Counted from the first letter of the stretch, positions 9,132 through 19,263 are shown. The stretch: 64,000 bases of DNA from an uncultured virus (IMG/VR IMGVR_UViG_3300032320_001919) (IMGVR_UViG_3300032320_001919); one strand, 5' to 3'. Translations and numbers: made by a program. Notes: generated by a model not told the origin, from the letters alone.

Positions 9132-9686
9132 ATGAAAAGTTTCAAGCAATTTTTTAAAGAAGATATGCCAGCGAAAGGTTTCGTTTCTAACGATAAGAAA
9201 GAAACTAAGTCGAAATTAAACACATTAGATTATGACTTAGCTAATTTTCCTTTTTCGCCCTTTTCTTCAGATAGTTATCAAAAAGGAGTAGATAATTCTA
9301 TTAGACCTTATGCTGCATATACATGGGGATTTGGCGCAAAGCCAGCTTCTAGCCAACAAGAACTTGATTGGGAACAAGCTAATCGCGAGAAACAAGAAAT
9401 AAAAAAGCAAAAAACTTCTCTTCCTGGAACGGTTGATGTTGAAAGAAGTAGTAAGGGCGATCTTTTGCCATTAAAGAACAATACTACGATTTACAAGAAA
9501 CCTAGAAATGATTTGATTTCTATGAGACAAGATAATATCACCGAACTATCGGTGCCACAAGGCACAACAGGCAAAAGAAAAACAATTTCAACGCCATTGG
9601 TAGCAATACGTATGGCAAATGGTAAAATAGAAAAGCATCCTCCAGGAAAAAGCGGAAGCTCTGGTGGCGGTGGAAGCGGAGATTAA
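9132..9686 (+). CDS. hypothetical protein with capsid-targeting-like N-terminus (MKSFKQFFKE)
   Basis: N-terminus resembles T4 IP CTS MKTYQEFIAE. Confidence 0.65.
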   Translation: MKSFKQFFKEDMPAKGFVSNDKKETKSKLNTLDYDLANFPFSPFSSDSYQKGVDNSIRPYAAYTWGFGAKPASSQQELDWEQANREKQEIKKQKTSLPGTVDVERSSKGDLLPLKNNTTIYKKPRNDLISMRQDNITELSVPQGTTGKRKTISTPLVAIRMANGKIEKHPPGKSGSSGGGGSGD

Positions 9687-9687
9687 T

Positions 9688-10146
9688 ATGGCTAAAGAAA
9701 AGAATAATACACTAGCAGATTCGTTGAAAGTGGTTCTAGCAGATACTTTTGCGTTCTATCTTAAAGCACACAACTATCATTGGAACGTTGAGGGCGAAAA
9801 CTTTAACGACTATCACGCATTCTTCGCTACTTTGTATAATGAAGCATGGTTAGCAACAGACTTGGTTGCTGAACACATCCGTACACTAGATGAATATGCA
9901 CCAGCATCTTTCGGTCGTTTTTACCAGTTAGCAACTATTTCAGACGAAGTAAATATCCCAACCGCTATAAACATGGTCCGTAAACTTGAAGAAGATAATA
10001 AAAAAGTTTTAGCTTCTTTGACAGCTGCTCACGAGCAAGCTGAAAAAGCAAATAAGATTGGTATAGTAAATTTTATAGAAGAGCGCATCGATATCCATGA
10101 AAAACATGGTTGGCAACTTCGTTCCTTTACAAAGGGCAGTAAATGA
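9688..10146 (+). CDS. dps: Dps/ferritin-like DNA-protecting protein
   Basis: KAHNYHWNVEG..F...H, D..AE.IR, HEKHGWQL motifs; GGAG SD before ATG 9688. Confidence 0.9.
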   Translation: MAKEKNNTLADSLKVVLADTFAFYLKAHNYHWNVEGENFNDYHAFFATLYNEAWLATDLVAEHIRTLDEYAPASFGRFYQLATISDEVNIPTAINMVRKLEEDNKKVLASLTAAHEQAEKANKIGIVNFIEERIDIHEKHGWQLRSFTKGSK

Positions 10147-10598
10147 AAGATGTAATTGCAAAATACCTAAATTTTTTTCCTATGAACGACCAAGAGGTTT
10201 TACATATTCAAAAAGAGTATTTAAGAATTAAGGAATTATCTCCTATAGTTGTTGCTGGACCTATGCATCCAGAAATAAAGAAAGCTATAAGTAACACATT
10301 ACTTGGACATCCAGTATCTAATGAAACAAAAAAGAAAATATCTAAAACAGTTTCTGTGAGAAATTCCGAAAAAGTTTGTGGATTTGCTATGGGACACGCT
10401 AAAAAAGCGGGAAATATCGGCGGTAAGTCAAAAAGCGATAAAAAACTTTCTTCAGTAAAAAACAACCAATTAAAATCTCTTGAAACTATTAAAGGTTCAA
10501 AATGGATGATAAATCCTAACACAAATATAAGAAAACGAGTTCCAACAAATCTTATTGAAAAATATAGATCTGATGGATATGTTTTGGGAGCAAAGTAA
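10143..10598 (+). CDS. NUMOD3-containing protein (homing endonuclease remnant)
   Basis: GHPVSNETKKKIS and KGSKWMIN...GYVLG motifs; no catalytic domain recognised. Confidence 0.55.
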   Translation: MKDVIAKYLNFFPMNDQEVLHIQKEYLRIKELSPIVVAGPMHPEIKKAISNTLLGHPVSNETKKKISKTVSVRNSEKVCGFAMGHAKKAGNIGGKSKSDKKLSSVKNNQLKSLETIKGSKWMINPNTNIRKRVPTNLIEKYRSDGYVLGAK

Positions 10599-12163
10599 TG
10601 GAAAAGAAAATTGGTTTAGAACATACAATTAGAAAAGTGTTGTCAGAGAGCATTGGTGGTCCTAACACTGATGAGTTCAAGGGCACACCAAAGCCATTTC
10701 TAAAACCAGCTCCGTTGATTGCACCTAAGAAGGGTGATGAGCATCCTGATGGAACAGCCACATTAGCACAACGTGGTCGTGCCAAAATTGCTTCTAGTGA
10801 AACTATGAAAAAAGAAGAAACTATTGAAGAAGGTCAAGCGGCGCTAAAGTTGCCCGAACCTGATCCAACAGTTGATATGCCAAAATTTGATGACTCATCA
10901 AAAAAGTTCAAAAAAATACCTAAGATGGAACTTCCATCTAATATCAACAAAAAAGTTCCTGCATCTTTATTGGGTAAAATTTCTCCATATGTGAAAGAAC
11001 TTGGAAAATGGGGAGGTAGAGCTTCAATATTTTTGGATCCTATTGTTAACGCGAAGCCTCTAAACGCAGACGAACCATCAACAATAATAGCTTCTCCTGA
11101 AGATAAAAAATCTTGGGGTAAAATTGCTACACCTGCAGATTTAGCAAAGAAAGCAGAACCAAAAAGAAAAGAAGAAACTTCACCCGCTCCTGTTAAGCCA
11201 GAAAAACCTGTTGAGAAACCTGGTAATGATAACAAACCTGGAAAAGTAGCACCTATCAGAAAGTATCCGCTTCCTGATAAACAACCAGTATACACACCAG
11301 ATATTTCACCATTTTTTCCTGGCGTTCCAGCTAACCCAGCTCCAGAAGCGCCAAAAATTACTCCAAAAAGAGTTCGCCCTGATGATTTTCCTTCTCCAGG
11401 ACAGGATCCATTCAGAGCACCTGCTCCAGTAAAAACTCCAAAAGAAAAACCACAAAGACCTCCTGATAAGGATCCATTCAGAGTATCTCCGCAAAGACCT
11501 CCAAATCAAAATCCATTTCCTGATAAACCTGCTGAGGTAAAACCAAAAGCTCCACCAACTGAATTACCAAAAAAGTTGGAGCCACCTCCATACACAAACC
11601 CAAAGCAACCTGCTCCCGCAGCAAGACCAGAAGTTCCCGGAGCATTACCTGCAGCAAAGCCAGTACCAGATTTAAACCCAGCACCAGATGCTGTTCCTGC
11701 AGCACAACCCGCTCTTGCAAAACAAACTGCAGTAAATGCAGCTGCAGCTAAAGCATCAGAAAATCTAGCGAATCAAAATAAGAAAAAAGAAGAAAACAGA
11801 AAAAAAGAAGAAAAACAACAAAACAGAAAGCGTATGCCTTTCAGTCTTTCAATTCCAGGAATTAATCCACAAACAATTTCTGGTCTACAAGGTAATGTTC
11901 CTTCAAAACCTTATTTGCACTATGCTCAGGATTATGTCAATTTCGGTGAATCCAATGACGCCGACAACGTTCGTAGATCTATAGAAAACGTTGCACGTCC
12001 TGATGGAAAAACTAGAGTAACTAAACAAACTGAGATAAAGCAGAAAATTATTGACGAAAATGTTAAAAGAGCTAACATTGTTCGTAAAGTAATTGCTGAC
12101 AAAAAAGATTCAACAGTAATTTTAAAACCTAAACTTAAACACCCAGAGTTAGACGAGAACTGA
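10598..12163 (+). CDS. proline-rich low-complexity protein, probably virion-internal
   Basis: 521 aa with a long Pro/Ala/Lys-rich centre and repeated DPFR/QRPP motifs. Confidence 0.7.
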   Translation: MEKKIGLEHTIRKVLSESIGGPNTDEFKGTPKPFLKPAPLIAPKKGDEHPDGTATLAQRGRAKIASSETMKKEETIEEGQAALKLPEPDPTVDMPKFDDSSKKFKKIPKMELPSNINKKVPASLLGKISPYVKELGKWGGRASIFLDPIVNAKPLNADEPSTIIASPEDKKSWGKIATPADLAKKAEPKRKEETSPAPVKPEKPVEKPGNDNKPGKVAPIRKYPLPDKQPVYTPDISPFFPGVPANPAPEAPKITPKRVRPDDFPSPGQDPFRAPAPVKTPKEKPQRPPDKDPFRVSPQRPPNQNPFPDKPAEVKPKAPPTELPKKLEPPPYTNPKQPAPAARPEVPGALPAAKPVPDLNPAPDAVPAAQPALAKQTAVNAAAAKASENLANQNKKKEENRKKEEKQQNRKRMPFSLSIPGINPQTISGLQGNVPSKPYLHYAQDYVNFGESNDADNVRRSIENVARPDGKTRVTKQTEIKQKIIDENVKRANIVRKVIADKKDSTVILKPKLKHPELDEN

Positions 12164-12164
12164 T

Positions 12165-15155
12165 ATGAGCAAAGAAACTAAAAATCCACTAATCGAATCA
12201 TTTTTGAAGTTGCATGAATATGCAGCAGCACCAAGACCAGATAAATTATTTGGTGCTATGAGTCCACCACCACAATCGGGTGTAAAAGTTAATCTTCCTG
12301 GACCTTCTAGTGTTACTTCTCCTACAGCAGCTCCTCCTGTAGCAAACGCGTCACCAAGCACATCAGCTTTCAAAGCAAATATGGGTCAGCCAAGTCAAGG
12401 CACCAGCGATGGGTCTGCATATCAACCAAGAACATTTGATCAAAAAGTATCAGATGTACAAAAAAATTATTCTATTAATCCAGTTGGTACAAAAACAAGC
12501 AATTTAAGAGTTGGTTCAAGCGGCGATCAAGTTTCTTATGTTCAAAGACAACTTGGTGTTGATGCCGACAAACAATATGGTGATGATACCAAAAAAGCTG
12601 TTATAGATTTCCAAAAAAGAAATAATTTAAAAGTAGATGGTATTGTTGGCGATCAAACTTTGTCTGCTTTGAAAAGAGCTGAAGCTATGGGCAAACTACA
12701 AATGTCTGACAAAGCTGGTTCAGCAGCTAAAGAAACACAAAAATTTGCAGGACCTCCATCTGGTTCAGCAGCCCCAATTAAGACAGCTCCTACAAATTTT
12801 TCAGGAGGCAGAACAGGATTTAGTGGTAACGCAGGAAACATAAAAACAGCATCTTCAAGTAATTTGGTTGGTCCAGGTTCAAGAGCAAACAAACCACTTT
12901 ATTCTGTGAGCGATAAACCTTATGATTTGAGTGGTCAAGTTAATAAACCTGATCTTATTTCAACAGGTTTAGCTGGAAAAACTTTACCGGGCAATGACGC
13001 CAACGAACGTTCAATTTATGTTCAAAAACGTCTTAGAAATTTAGCAAGCGCAAGATCATCAGGTAGCTTTTTAACTCAAGGAGATAATACAGAAATGTCA
13101 AACAAGCTTATCGAAGCATTCATGAAGCTTCAATCACTAAACACATCAAACATTTTCGAAGCAGCTAAGAAAGCAAAGAAGCTTGATCCAGTTGGCAAAG
13201 AAGATGAAGACATCGACAACGATGGCGACAAGGATAAAACCGATAGCTACCTACACAATCGTCGTAAGAAAATTGCTGATGCAATGAAGGAAGATGTAAC
13301 TTCTCCTTCTTCAATGAGAATTAAAGCTCCTTCTTATGCAAAACCAAATAAAGAAAAAGAAGAAGGACCATCACCAAAGGGCGATCTTCCTGCTGATGTA
13401 GCAAAATCAATGGAACGTGAGCGAGAAATAAATAAAGAAAGTGGTGAGCCAGGATCTCGTCAACGCAGCATGAATGACTCTGCAAAAGATGCAGCAAATC
13501 GTGCAGGCGGAGCAAGAAGCGTTGAGGCGATTGCCAAGGGAGTTGGTGCTGTTTATGGTCAAGGAATTGCCAAGGTTGTTGATGCTGTTGCTGGTTATAA
13601 GAAGCCAGAATCAAAGGTATATCAGAATACTGGAAAAAGCTCTATCGCATTGAAGAATGAAGAAGTTGAATACATCGACGAAGCTGCAGTGCCAGATAGT
13701 CACAAGCAAGCAATGATAAAAAAATATGGTCGTGGTCGTGTCACAGCAGAGAATGGTAAGATTTCTCATAAGGATGGATACGGTGAAACAAATTCTCATG
13801 CATATGATCCAACCAGTAAACAACCAATTGGTCGTCATGTAGGCAAAAAATTTGATCCTGATGACTTGTATCCCGGCAAGAGACAGAACAGATTTTATCA
13901 GGATATTGATGAAGAAACACTAGATGAAGCTGCTGGTGGTTTACCAGCTGAGCACAAGAAGGCAATTGCCAATCACGTAAAGAAAATGTGGGGCAAGGGT
14001 ACTGTTACATTTGATAAGCAGGATGGTAAGCACTTCGTTACACACAACGACGGAATTGAAAGTCAGGTTCACTCTATTCATATGAAGGGTGGTAAGGCTC
14101 ATGTTACTCACTTTATGACAGTACAGGAAGAAGTAGAACAGATTGATGAAATTCTAGATAGACCAGGCAAAGAACTTGGATATGCTCTTAAAAATATTGG
14201 TTCAAAGCTCAAGGCAGGGTTGACTGGTGATAAAAACACTGTTCGAAAGAGAGAACGTGGAGAAAAATCTTTCAAGAAAAATGCAGCTAAGAAAAAAGAC
14301 GAGAGAGAAATGGACTCTTATCGCAATAAATTGGCGGGCAAAGCGTTGAGAGATATGGGGCAAAAAACAGGTCTTGGTATGTATTATGATAAAATACATA
14401 AAGAAGAAGTTGAACAAATTAATGAAGATGAGATGTATAAGGCGTTTATGCAAACTGTACATACCCATGCTAAAACTATGAGTCCTAAAAAGTTTGGTAA
14501 AGAATATCCTTCTATGGCTAAACATCAGGAAACAATTGCAAAAACACCTCGTAAAGATGTTCACAGACTTAAAGTTGATAAAGACGGTCAAGCTTTTATG
14601 CATGTAGGTGTTAAGGAAGAAGTTGAATTTTCTGAAGCAGAACTAGCACACATGGCTGCTATTCTTGAAGGTCCAGTTGCTCCAACTCCAGATGATTATT
14701 CACCAAACGCTTTTGGTTCTACAGCTAGTAGATCAGGAACATTGACTGACGAAGCTATTGCTGAAGAAGAAGCAAGGCGTGGTCGTGGTCGTCCAAAGGG
14801 CAGTAAGTCTGGTTCTAAGCATGGTTCTGGTAGCGGAACAACTGGTGGTGTAACACACGTTGTTGATCAAATCAGAAATGCTGAAAAGCTTGGTCTTTCT
14901 GACGGTAAAGGCAACTACAAACTAAAACACATCACTGGTTATACAACATCAAAGGTTGATGGTAAAACTGTATCAACACCAAAAACTATGGAATTCTCTG
15001 CACCACAAAAGGCTGCTAATGATTTCTATAAGGCTTTCCACGGTACAGAAAAGCCAGCTCATAAGGAATCTATGACTAAGGCATTCGTTGAAAAACATTC
15101 TGGTAAGTCTCTTGATCCAGCAAACACAAATAAGATTACATTACCAAAAATCTAA
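12165..15155 (+). CDS. large modular protein with a peptidoglycan-binding domain and acidic EEVEQIDE-type linkers (probable internal head polyprotein)
   Basis: LRVGSSGDQV..VQ..L...YG..T..AV..FQ..N.L.VDGIVG..T is a PG_binding_1 signature; DIDNDGDKDKTDSYL motif. Confidence 0.7.
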   Translation: MSKETKNPLIESFLKLHEYAAAPRPDKLFGAMSPPPQSGVKVNLPGPSSVTSPTAAPPVANASPSTSAFKANMGQPSQGTSDGSAYQPRTFDQKVSDVQKNYSINPVGTKTSNLRVGSSGDQVSYVQRQLGVDADKQYGDDTKKAVIDFQKRNNLKVDGIVGDQTLSALKRAEAMGKLQMSDKAGSAAKETQKFAGPPSGSAAPIKTAPTNFSGGRTGFSGNAGNIKTASSSNLVGPGSRANKPLYSVSDKPYDLSGQVNKPDLISTGLAGKTLPGNDANERSIYVQKRLRNLASARSSGSFLTQGDNTEMSNKLIEAFMKLQSLNTSNIFEAAKKAKKLDPVGKEDEDIDNDGDKDKTDSYLHNRRKKIADAMKEDVTSPSSMRIKAPSYAKPNKEKEEGPSPKGDLPADVAKSMEREREINKESGEPGSRQRSMNDSAKDAANRAGGARSVEAIAKGVGAVYGQGIAKVVDAVAGYKKPESKVYQNTGKSSIALKNEEVEYIDEAAVPDSHKQAMIKKYGRGRVTAENGKISHKDGYGETNSHAYDPTSKQPIGRHVGKKFDPDDLYPGKRQNRFYQDIDEETLDEAAGGLPAEHKKAIANHVKKMWGKGTVTFDKQDGKHFVTHNDGIESQVHSIHMKGGKAHVTHFMTVQEEVEQIDEILDRPGKELGYALKNIGSKLKAGLTGDKNTVRKRERGEKSFKKNAAKKKDEREMDSYRNKLAGKALRDMGQKTGLGMYYDKIHKEEVEQINEDEMYKAFMQTVHTHAKTMSPKKFGKEYPSMAKHQETIAKTPRKDVHRLKVDKDGQAFMHVGVKEEVEFSEAELAHMAAILEGPVAPTPDDYSPNAFGSTASRSGTLTDEAIAEEEARRGRGRPKGSKSGSKHGSGSGTTGGVTHVVDQIRNAEKLGLSDGKGNYKLKHITGYTTSKVDGKTVSTPKTMEFSAPQKAANDFYKAFHGTEKPAHKESMTKAFVEKHSGKSLDPANTNKITLPKI

Positions 15156-15457
15156 TGCCTATTAATGCCAGAAATATAATTATTAAGGCGCATCAAAAGC
15201 CAATAATAAGTGTAGCTGCTCCTAGTGTGGATGGTCGACCATCCACACTAGATTCTATCAAGAAAGAAGCTAAAGAAAAGCTGGCTAAAAAAAAGTTATT
15301 CGAAGAAATAGTAGAAGCTAAAGAAAAGTTAGTCGAAGAAATAGTAGAAGTTGTTGCGCCAGAAGAACAAAAATATCGTCATAAAGAAGATGGTGAATTA
15401 ATAAGGCGTATTAATACAAAATCTCATTATCTAAGAGACATGATTGAAGATTTTTAA
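15155..15457 (+). CDS. hypothetical protein
   Basis: TAATG coupling to the previous ORF. Confidence 0.6.
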   Translation: MPINARNIIIKAHQKPIISVAAPSVDGRPSTLDSIKKEAKEKLAKKKLFEEIVEAKEKLVEEIVEVVAPEEQKYRHKEDGELIRRINTKSHYLRDMIEDF

Positions 15458-15501
15458 ACTAATAAATACAAAGAAATTATCTCACTAGGAGGAAATAAGA
15501 A

Positions 15502-16494
15502 ATGCCATTATGGGGTAGAAACGATCAAGCAGTAACTGCTAATAGCACTACTACTGTTGAATCATCAAATGGAGCACCAATCGGTACTCATGCTTTAGTT
15601 AAGTCTGGAGGCGGTAACTCTTCAGTTCGTATAAACGGTGCCAATTCTGACTTCGGTAACACATCAGCTGGCTCTAGAGCCAACGTTGATGCAAGTATGT
15701 ATTTAAATACTACTTTAAATGCTTACATTCCAGGACAGGCTGTCGGTGTTTTCGGTGTTGACGCAACAGAAATGAGCTTAACAACTGGTTCAACAAACGG
15801 TATTTGGCGTGTAACGGGATCTGGTTCTGGTTACGCATCAAACACTGCAGCCGCTGTCACTATTACTTTTGCCAATGGCGTAACTAACACTTCAGCTGCT
15901 AATGCAACTGTTGTTCTTGGTCGCGTAACTGCATTAACTTCGAACCAGTCAATCACTGGCATCGCTGAAACACCAGCAATCACTCTTGCTGCTCCTGCTG
16001 CAATTAACATCACTGCAAACTCAGCTGGTTTCAGTAACACAACTGACACATTGGTTGTTTCTACTGCCAACTCTAGATTGCAGGTTGGCGATCGTTTGTT
16101 CTATTCTGTTCCAACAGCTAACACACCAATCGCTCCTCTAACTGGTAATACTTTTTATTATGTTTCTTTTGCTAATACATCTACAATTGCTCTTTCAGAA
16201 TCTGCTGGTGGTTCGAATGTTAACATTGTTGACACCCGAGTAACTGTTTCTGGAGAAACTCACACAATTCGCGGCGACACTGCTACTGGTCTTGTCATCG
16301 TAACTGGTGCAAAGCGTCAGGGCGCTGCTCACGCTGGTTGGGTTCTTCGTACAGAAGGCACTGGTGGTCGCGCTGGTCGTGTTCAGATGGAAACATTGGT
16401 GGCCATGGGATCTCTTGGTGCTCAAACAGCTGCCTTTGGTACTCCAGCCACAACAGCTGATGGTGCTGACGACACAGTTCTACACGATTCATAA
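15502..16494 (+). CDS. virion structural protein (MPLWG...AHAGWV...GRVQMETLVAM family)
   Basis: strong AGGAGG SD, TAAATA upstream, conserved termini typical of T4-like virion proteins. Confidence 0.7.
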   Translation: MPLWGRNDQAVTANSTTTVESSNGAPIGTHALVKSGGGNSSVRINGANSDFGNTSAGSRANVDASMYLNTTLNAYIPGQAVGVFGVDATEMSLTTGSTNGIWRVTGSGSGYASNTAAAVTITFANGVTNTSAANATVVLGRVTALTSNQSITGIAETPAITLAAPAAINITANSAGFSNTTDTLVVSTANSRLQVGDRLFYSVPTANTPIAPLTGNTFYYVSFANTSTIALSESAGGSNVNIVDTRVTVSGETHTIRGDTATGLVIVTGAKRQGAAHAGWVLRTEGTGGRAGRVQMETLVAMGSLGAQTAAFGTPATTADGADDTVLHDS

Positions 16495-16512
16495 TAGATT
16501 GGTATAATAATT

Positions 16513-17010
16513 ATGGCAGATAATAGTAAAAAAGTATCGGAACTACCGACTACTACTAATGCAGCAAGTACTGATAGGATTTTGATCCTCCGAAGTCCTG
16601 CATCTAATGCAAGCGTAAGAACTATTACTGCTGGTAATTTAGCAAACTCAATTGCCACGCTATTGCCTGTTGTTGTTCCTAATTCAACAATAGTAAGTAA
16701 TAGCGTGACAATTACTTCAAATGGCACAACTCCTGTTGCCTTCTTTACTTTCAACACAGACGCAGCTGATGTGAAATTTCATGCGGTTGATGTTACATCA
16801 GGTGATATTACGACTGGTGAAATTTATTGCGTAGCTAATAACACTGTTGCATGTTCATCGGTTAGTGTAGCAGACGTTGGTTCGAACAAAATAAGATTTG
16901 ATTCTACCCCATCAGTAAATTTGTCCACTGGAGCAGTAACTCTTTTCTTGAGAAGAGACTCGGCAGCAACATCTAACGTTTTACTTAAATATGCAGCAAC
17001 GTATTATTAA
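16513..17010 (+). CDS. putative structural protein
   Basis: MADNSKKVSELP N-terminus typical of fibre/structural proteins. Confidence 0.55.
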   Translation: MADNSKKVSELPTTTNAASTDRILILRSPASNASVRTITAGNLANSIATLLPVVVPNSTIVSNSVTITSNGTTPVAFFTFNTDAADVKFHAVDVTSGDITTGEIYCVANNTVACSSVSVADVGSNKIRFDSTPSVNLSTGAVTLFLRRDSAATSNVLLKYAATYY

Positions 17011-17016
17011 TATTAA

Positions 17017-17409
17017 ATGAACAATGAAAAACTGACAGATCATAACTTTTTACTATTTTGCGCTCAACATTATGATAATTCTCGATATGTTTCTACTGAA
17101 GAATTTGTAGAAGATTTAAACAGAATTAAATATATAAAAAAATTAATTACTAGATATGTTGAGAATGGCGATTTAAAGGAAAGATTGATACTTAATCATA
17201 TTATTGTTTTAAATAATTGTTTTGGTCCGGATATTTTATGTAAAATATTGTACCTAAAACTAAAACTGCAAATGAAATTTATAAAACCCTTCTTAATTTT
17301 GTTAAATTTGCTACCAAATAAAATATATAACGTTGATGATGATTTGATTGTAGATACCGATTTAATTGAGATGGACCCAGTTATTGTAAAAAAATTAAGG
17401 AAGGTTTAA
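17017..17409 (+). CDS. conserved T4-like phage hypothetical protein
   Basis: EF.EDL.RIKYIK..LKERLILNHII motif. Confidence 0.75.
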   Translation: MNNEKLTDHNFLLFCAQHYDNSRYVSTEEFVEDLNRIKYIKKLITRYVENGDLKERLILNHIIVLNNCFGPDILCKILYLKLKLQMKFIKPFLILLNLLPNKIYNVDDDLIVDTDLIEMDPVIVKKLRKV

Positions 17410-17561
17410 TGAACGAAGAAATTGCAAATGCTATGGGCGCATCTTCTCCTCTAGGTGGAGGAAACATTGCAATGCCTGAAAAACTCCTTACAGCCAAACC
17501 TCTCAGAAGAATAACTGGTCCTAAAAAAGAGCTAGGTAAGGAAAAGAGCCATGGTATCTGA
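17409..17561 (+). CDS. small hypothetical protein (50 aa, MNEEIANAMG...)
   Basis: read by hand; TAATG coupling, AAGG SD. Confidence 0.55.
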   Translation: MNEEIANAMGASSPLGGGNIAMPEKLLTAKPLRRITGPKKELGKEKSHGI

Positions 17562-17955
17562 TATAGAACATATGGAAAAAAGACAGAGTCGCATAGAAGA
17601 TGCGATCGATAAGCTAACAGAGATTTCTGCAGATTTAAACAAAATGCTTGCCGTGCAAGAGCAGAGACTTTCTCAACAAGAAAGAAGCATGGGCAATATA
17701 GAAGATATGGTAGAGAAACGCAGAGAAGAATATGATAAAAAAATTCAACACGTGTATGATGTCATGAGAGTAGAAGATACAAAAATTTTAGAAGAACTAG
17801 AAAAAATGAGAAAAGAACAGAAAGATCAGCATAAATCTCTTTCTGATAAAATGACATCTGTTGAAAAAATTATATGGACTTATCTTGGTGGATTCAGCGT
17901 TGTAATATTTTTAATTACATATGGCCCAAAAATAATTGAAGTTTTTGGTAAATAA
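17551..17955 (+). CDS. coiled-coil protein with C-terminal transmembrane helix
   Basis: heptad-rich body and hydrophobic IIWTYLGGFSVVIFLITY. Confidence 0.65.
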   Translation: MVSDIEHMEKRQSRIEDAIDKLTEISADLNKMLAVQEQRLSQQERSMGNIEDMVEKRREEYDKKIQHVYDVMRVEDTKILEELEKMRKEQKDQHKSLSDKMTSVEKIIWTYLGGFSVVIFLITYGPKIIEVFGK

Positions 17956-17959
17956 CTGT

Positions 17960-17987
17960 TTGACATTTATTAAAAAGACAGTATAAT
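17960..17987 (+). promoter_or_regulatory. sigma70-like promoter upstream of primase
   Basis: TTGACA-16 nt-TATAAT. Confidence 0.7.
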
Positions 17988-18019
17988 CACTAGTGTGGTT
18001 TTGATGATGAGAGTACACT

Positions 18020-19042
18020 ATGGATTGGCTGCAGCACAAATATATTGGTATTGTTTCTACTCGATTAGAGAAGTTTAAGCGCAAGGGACCGACTCTTTAT
18101 AACTTTAGGTGTCCAATTTGCGGAGACTCTGAGTCTAGCAAGAGTAAGGCTCGCGGATATATCTACGAAAAGCAAGGTAAAATGTCGTTCCACTGTCACA
18201 ACTGTGGGGCGAGTTCATCTGTGCCTAATTTTATTAAGATGATCGATCTGAATCTCTATAATGAGATGCAACTTGAGAAGCTACAGGATAAGAAAACTCC
18301 TGAGCAGAGAGAGTACGAAGAGTTCATCGAAAAGATGAAGAAGCCTGTGTTCATGAAGAGTGGACCGTTGAAGGGATTGAAGAAGGTCAGTCAGCTTTCA
18401 CCAGATCATCCTATCAAGAAGTTTGTTGATTTAAGAAAAATTCCAAATCCTTACCATGCGAAACTTTTTGCATGTCCTAACTTTATGTCATTCGTTAATG
18501 GAATACTACCTAATAAGTTTGAGAATGACGCACTAAAACATGACGAACAAAGGCTTTTGATTCCTTTCTTAGACAAAAATAAAAACTTATTTGCCTTCCA
18601 AGGGCGTTCCTTAAGATCGTCAAAAACTAAGTATATCACCATCATATTAAACGACACTTCTCCGAAGGTCTATGGTTTAGACACTGTTGACCTTATGAGA
18701 AAGACGTATGCATTTGAAGGACCGATCGATTCTATGTTTGTTCCTAATTCAATTGCGGTAGCTGGTGGAGAGATGATTCCTGTTCTTAAAAACTTTGATA
18801 AGAGCAAACTTGTTATTGTTTATGATAATGAACCAAGATCAAGAGAGACAATAAAAAAGCTTGACAAAAGTATTATGAACGGGTATAATGTGTGTATATG
18901 GCCAGAGAATCTAGAACACAAGGATGTCAACGACATGGTCCTTGCTGGTCTTTCTCCGGATTTTATCAACCACATTATCGATAATAACACTTACCGCGAT
19001 CTGGCTGCGAAACTGGCATTGACCAAATGGAGCAAAGTATAA
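18020..19042 (+). CDS. gp61: T4 gp61-like DNA primase
   Basis: CPICGDS...CHNC zinc finger, EGPIDSMF and DNEPR TOPRIM motifs. Confidence 0.95.
   Translation: MDWLQHKYIGIVSTRLEKFKRKGPTLYNFRCPICGDSESSKSKARGYIYEKQGKMSFHCHNCGASSSVPNFIKMIDLNLYNEMQLEKLQDKKTPEQREYEEFIEKMKKPVFMKSGPLKGLKKVSQLSPDHPIKKFVDLRKIPNPYHAKLFACPNFMSFVNGILPNKFENDALKHDEQRLLIPFLDKNKNLFAFQGRSLRSSKTKYITIILNDTSPKVYGLDTVDLMRKTYAFEGPIDSMFVPNSIAVAGGEMIPVLKNFDKSKLVIVYDNEPRSRETIKKLDKSIMNGYNVCIWPENLEHKDVNDMVLAGLSPDFINHIIDNNTYRDLAAKLALTKWSKV
18861..18889 (+). promoter_or_regulatory. sigma70-like promoter inside primase, facing thyX/nrdJ
   Basis: TTGACA-17 nt-TATAAT. Confidence 0.6.
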
Positions 19043-19263
19043 TGGACTATCACGACGAACAACGAATGAAAACGCTGGCGAGCCGTGCAGACGGTGATCG
19101 TCCGTGGTCTATTCACATGGATTGGGGTGGTAATCTCAACAATCAGGATATTGCTATCGTTGACAAAAATGGTAAGTGTTTGTTTACTATGGTTGGTGGT
19201 AGCCTTGAGCACGCCAGTTATGTTGTTTCATTGAATAATGCTTTTGTAAAGGGAAACAAGTGA
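19042..19263 (+). CDS. hypothetical protein
   Basis: ATG overlapping the primase stop. Confidence 0.6.
   Translation: MDYHDEQRMKTLASRADGDRPWSIHMDWGGNLNNQDIAIVDKNGKCLFTMVGGSLEHASYVVSLNNAFVKGNK

Noticed and set aside
15296..15350. Direct repeat TCGAAGAAATAGTAGAAG
   Set aside because: Short in-frame coding duplication (EEIVE) with no sign of a regulatory or mobile role
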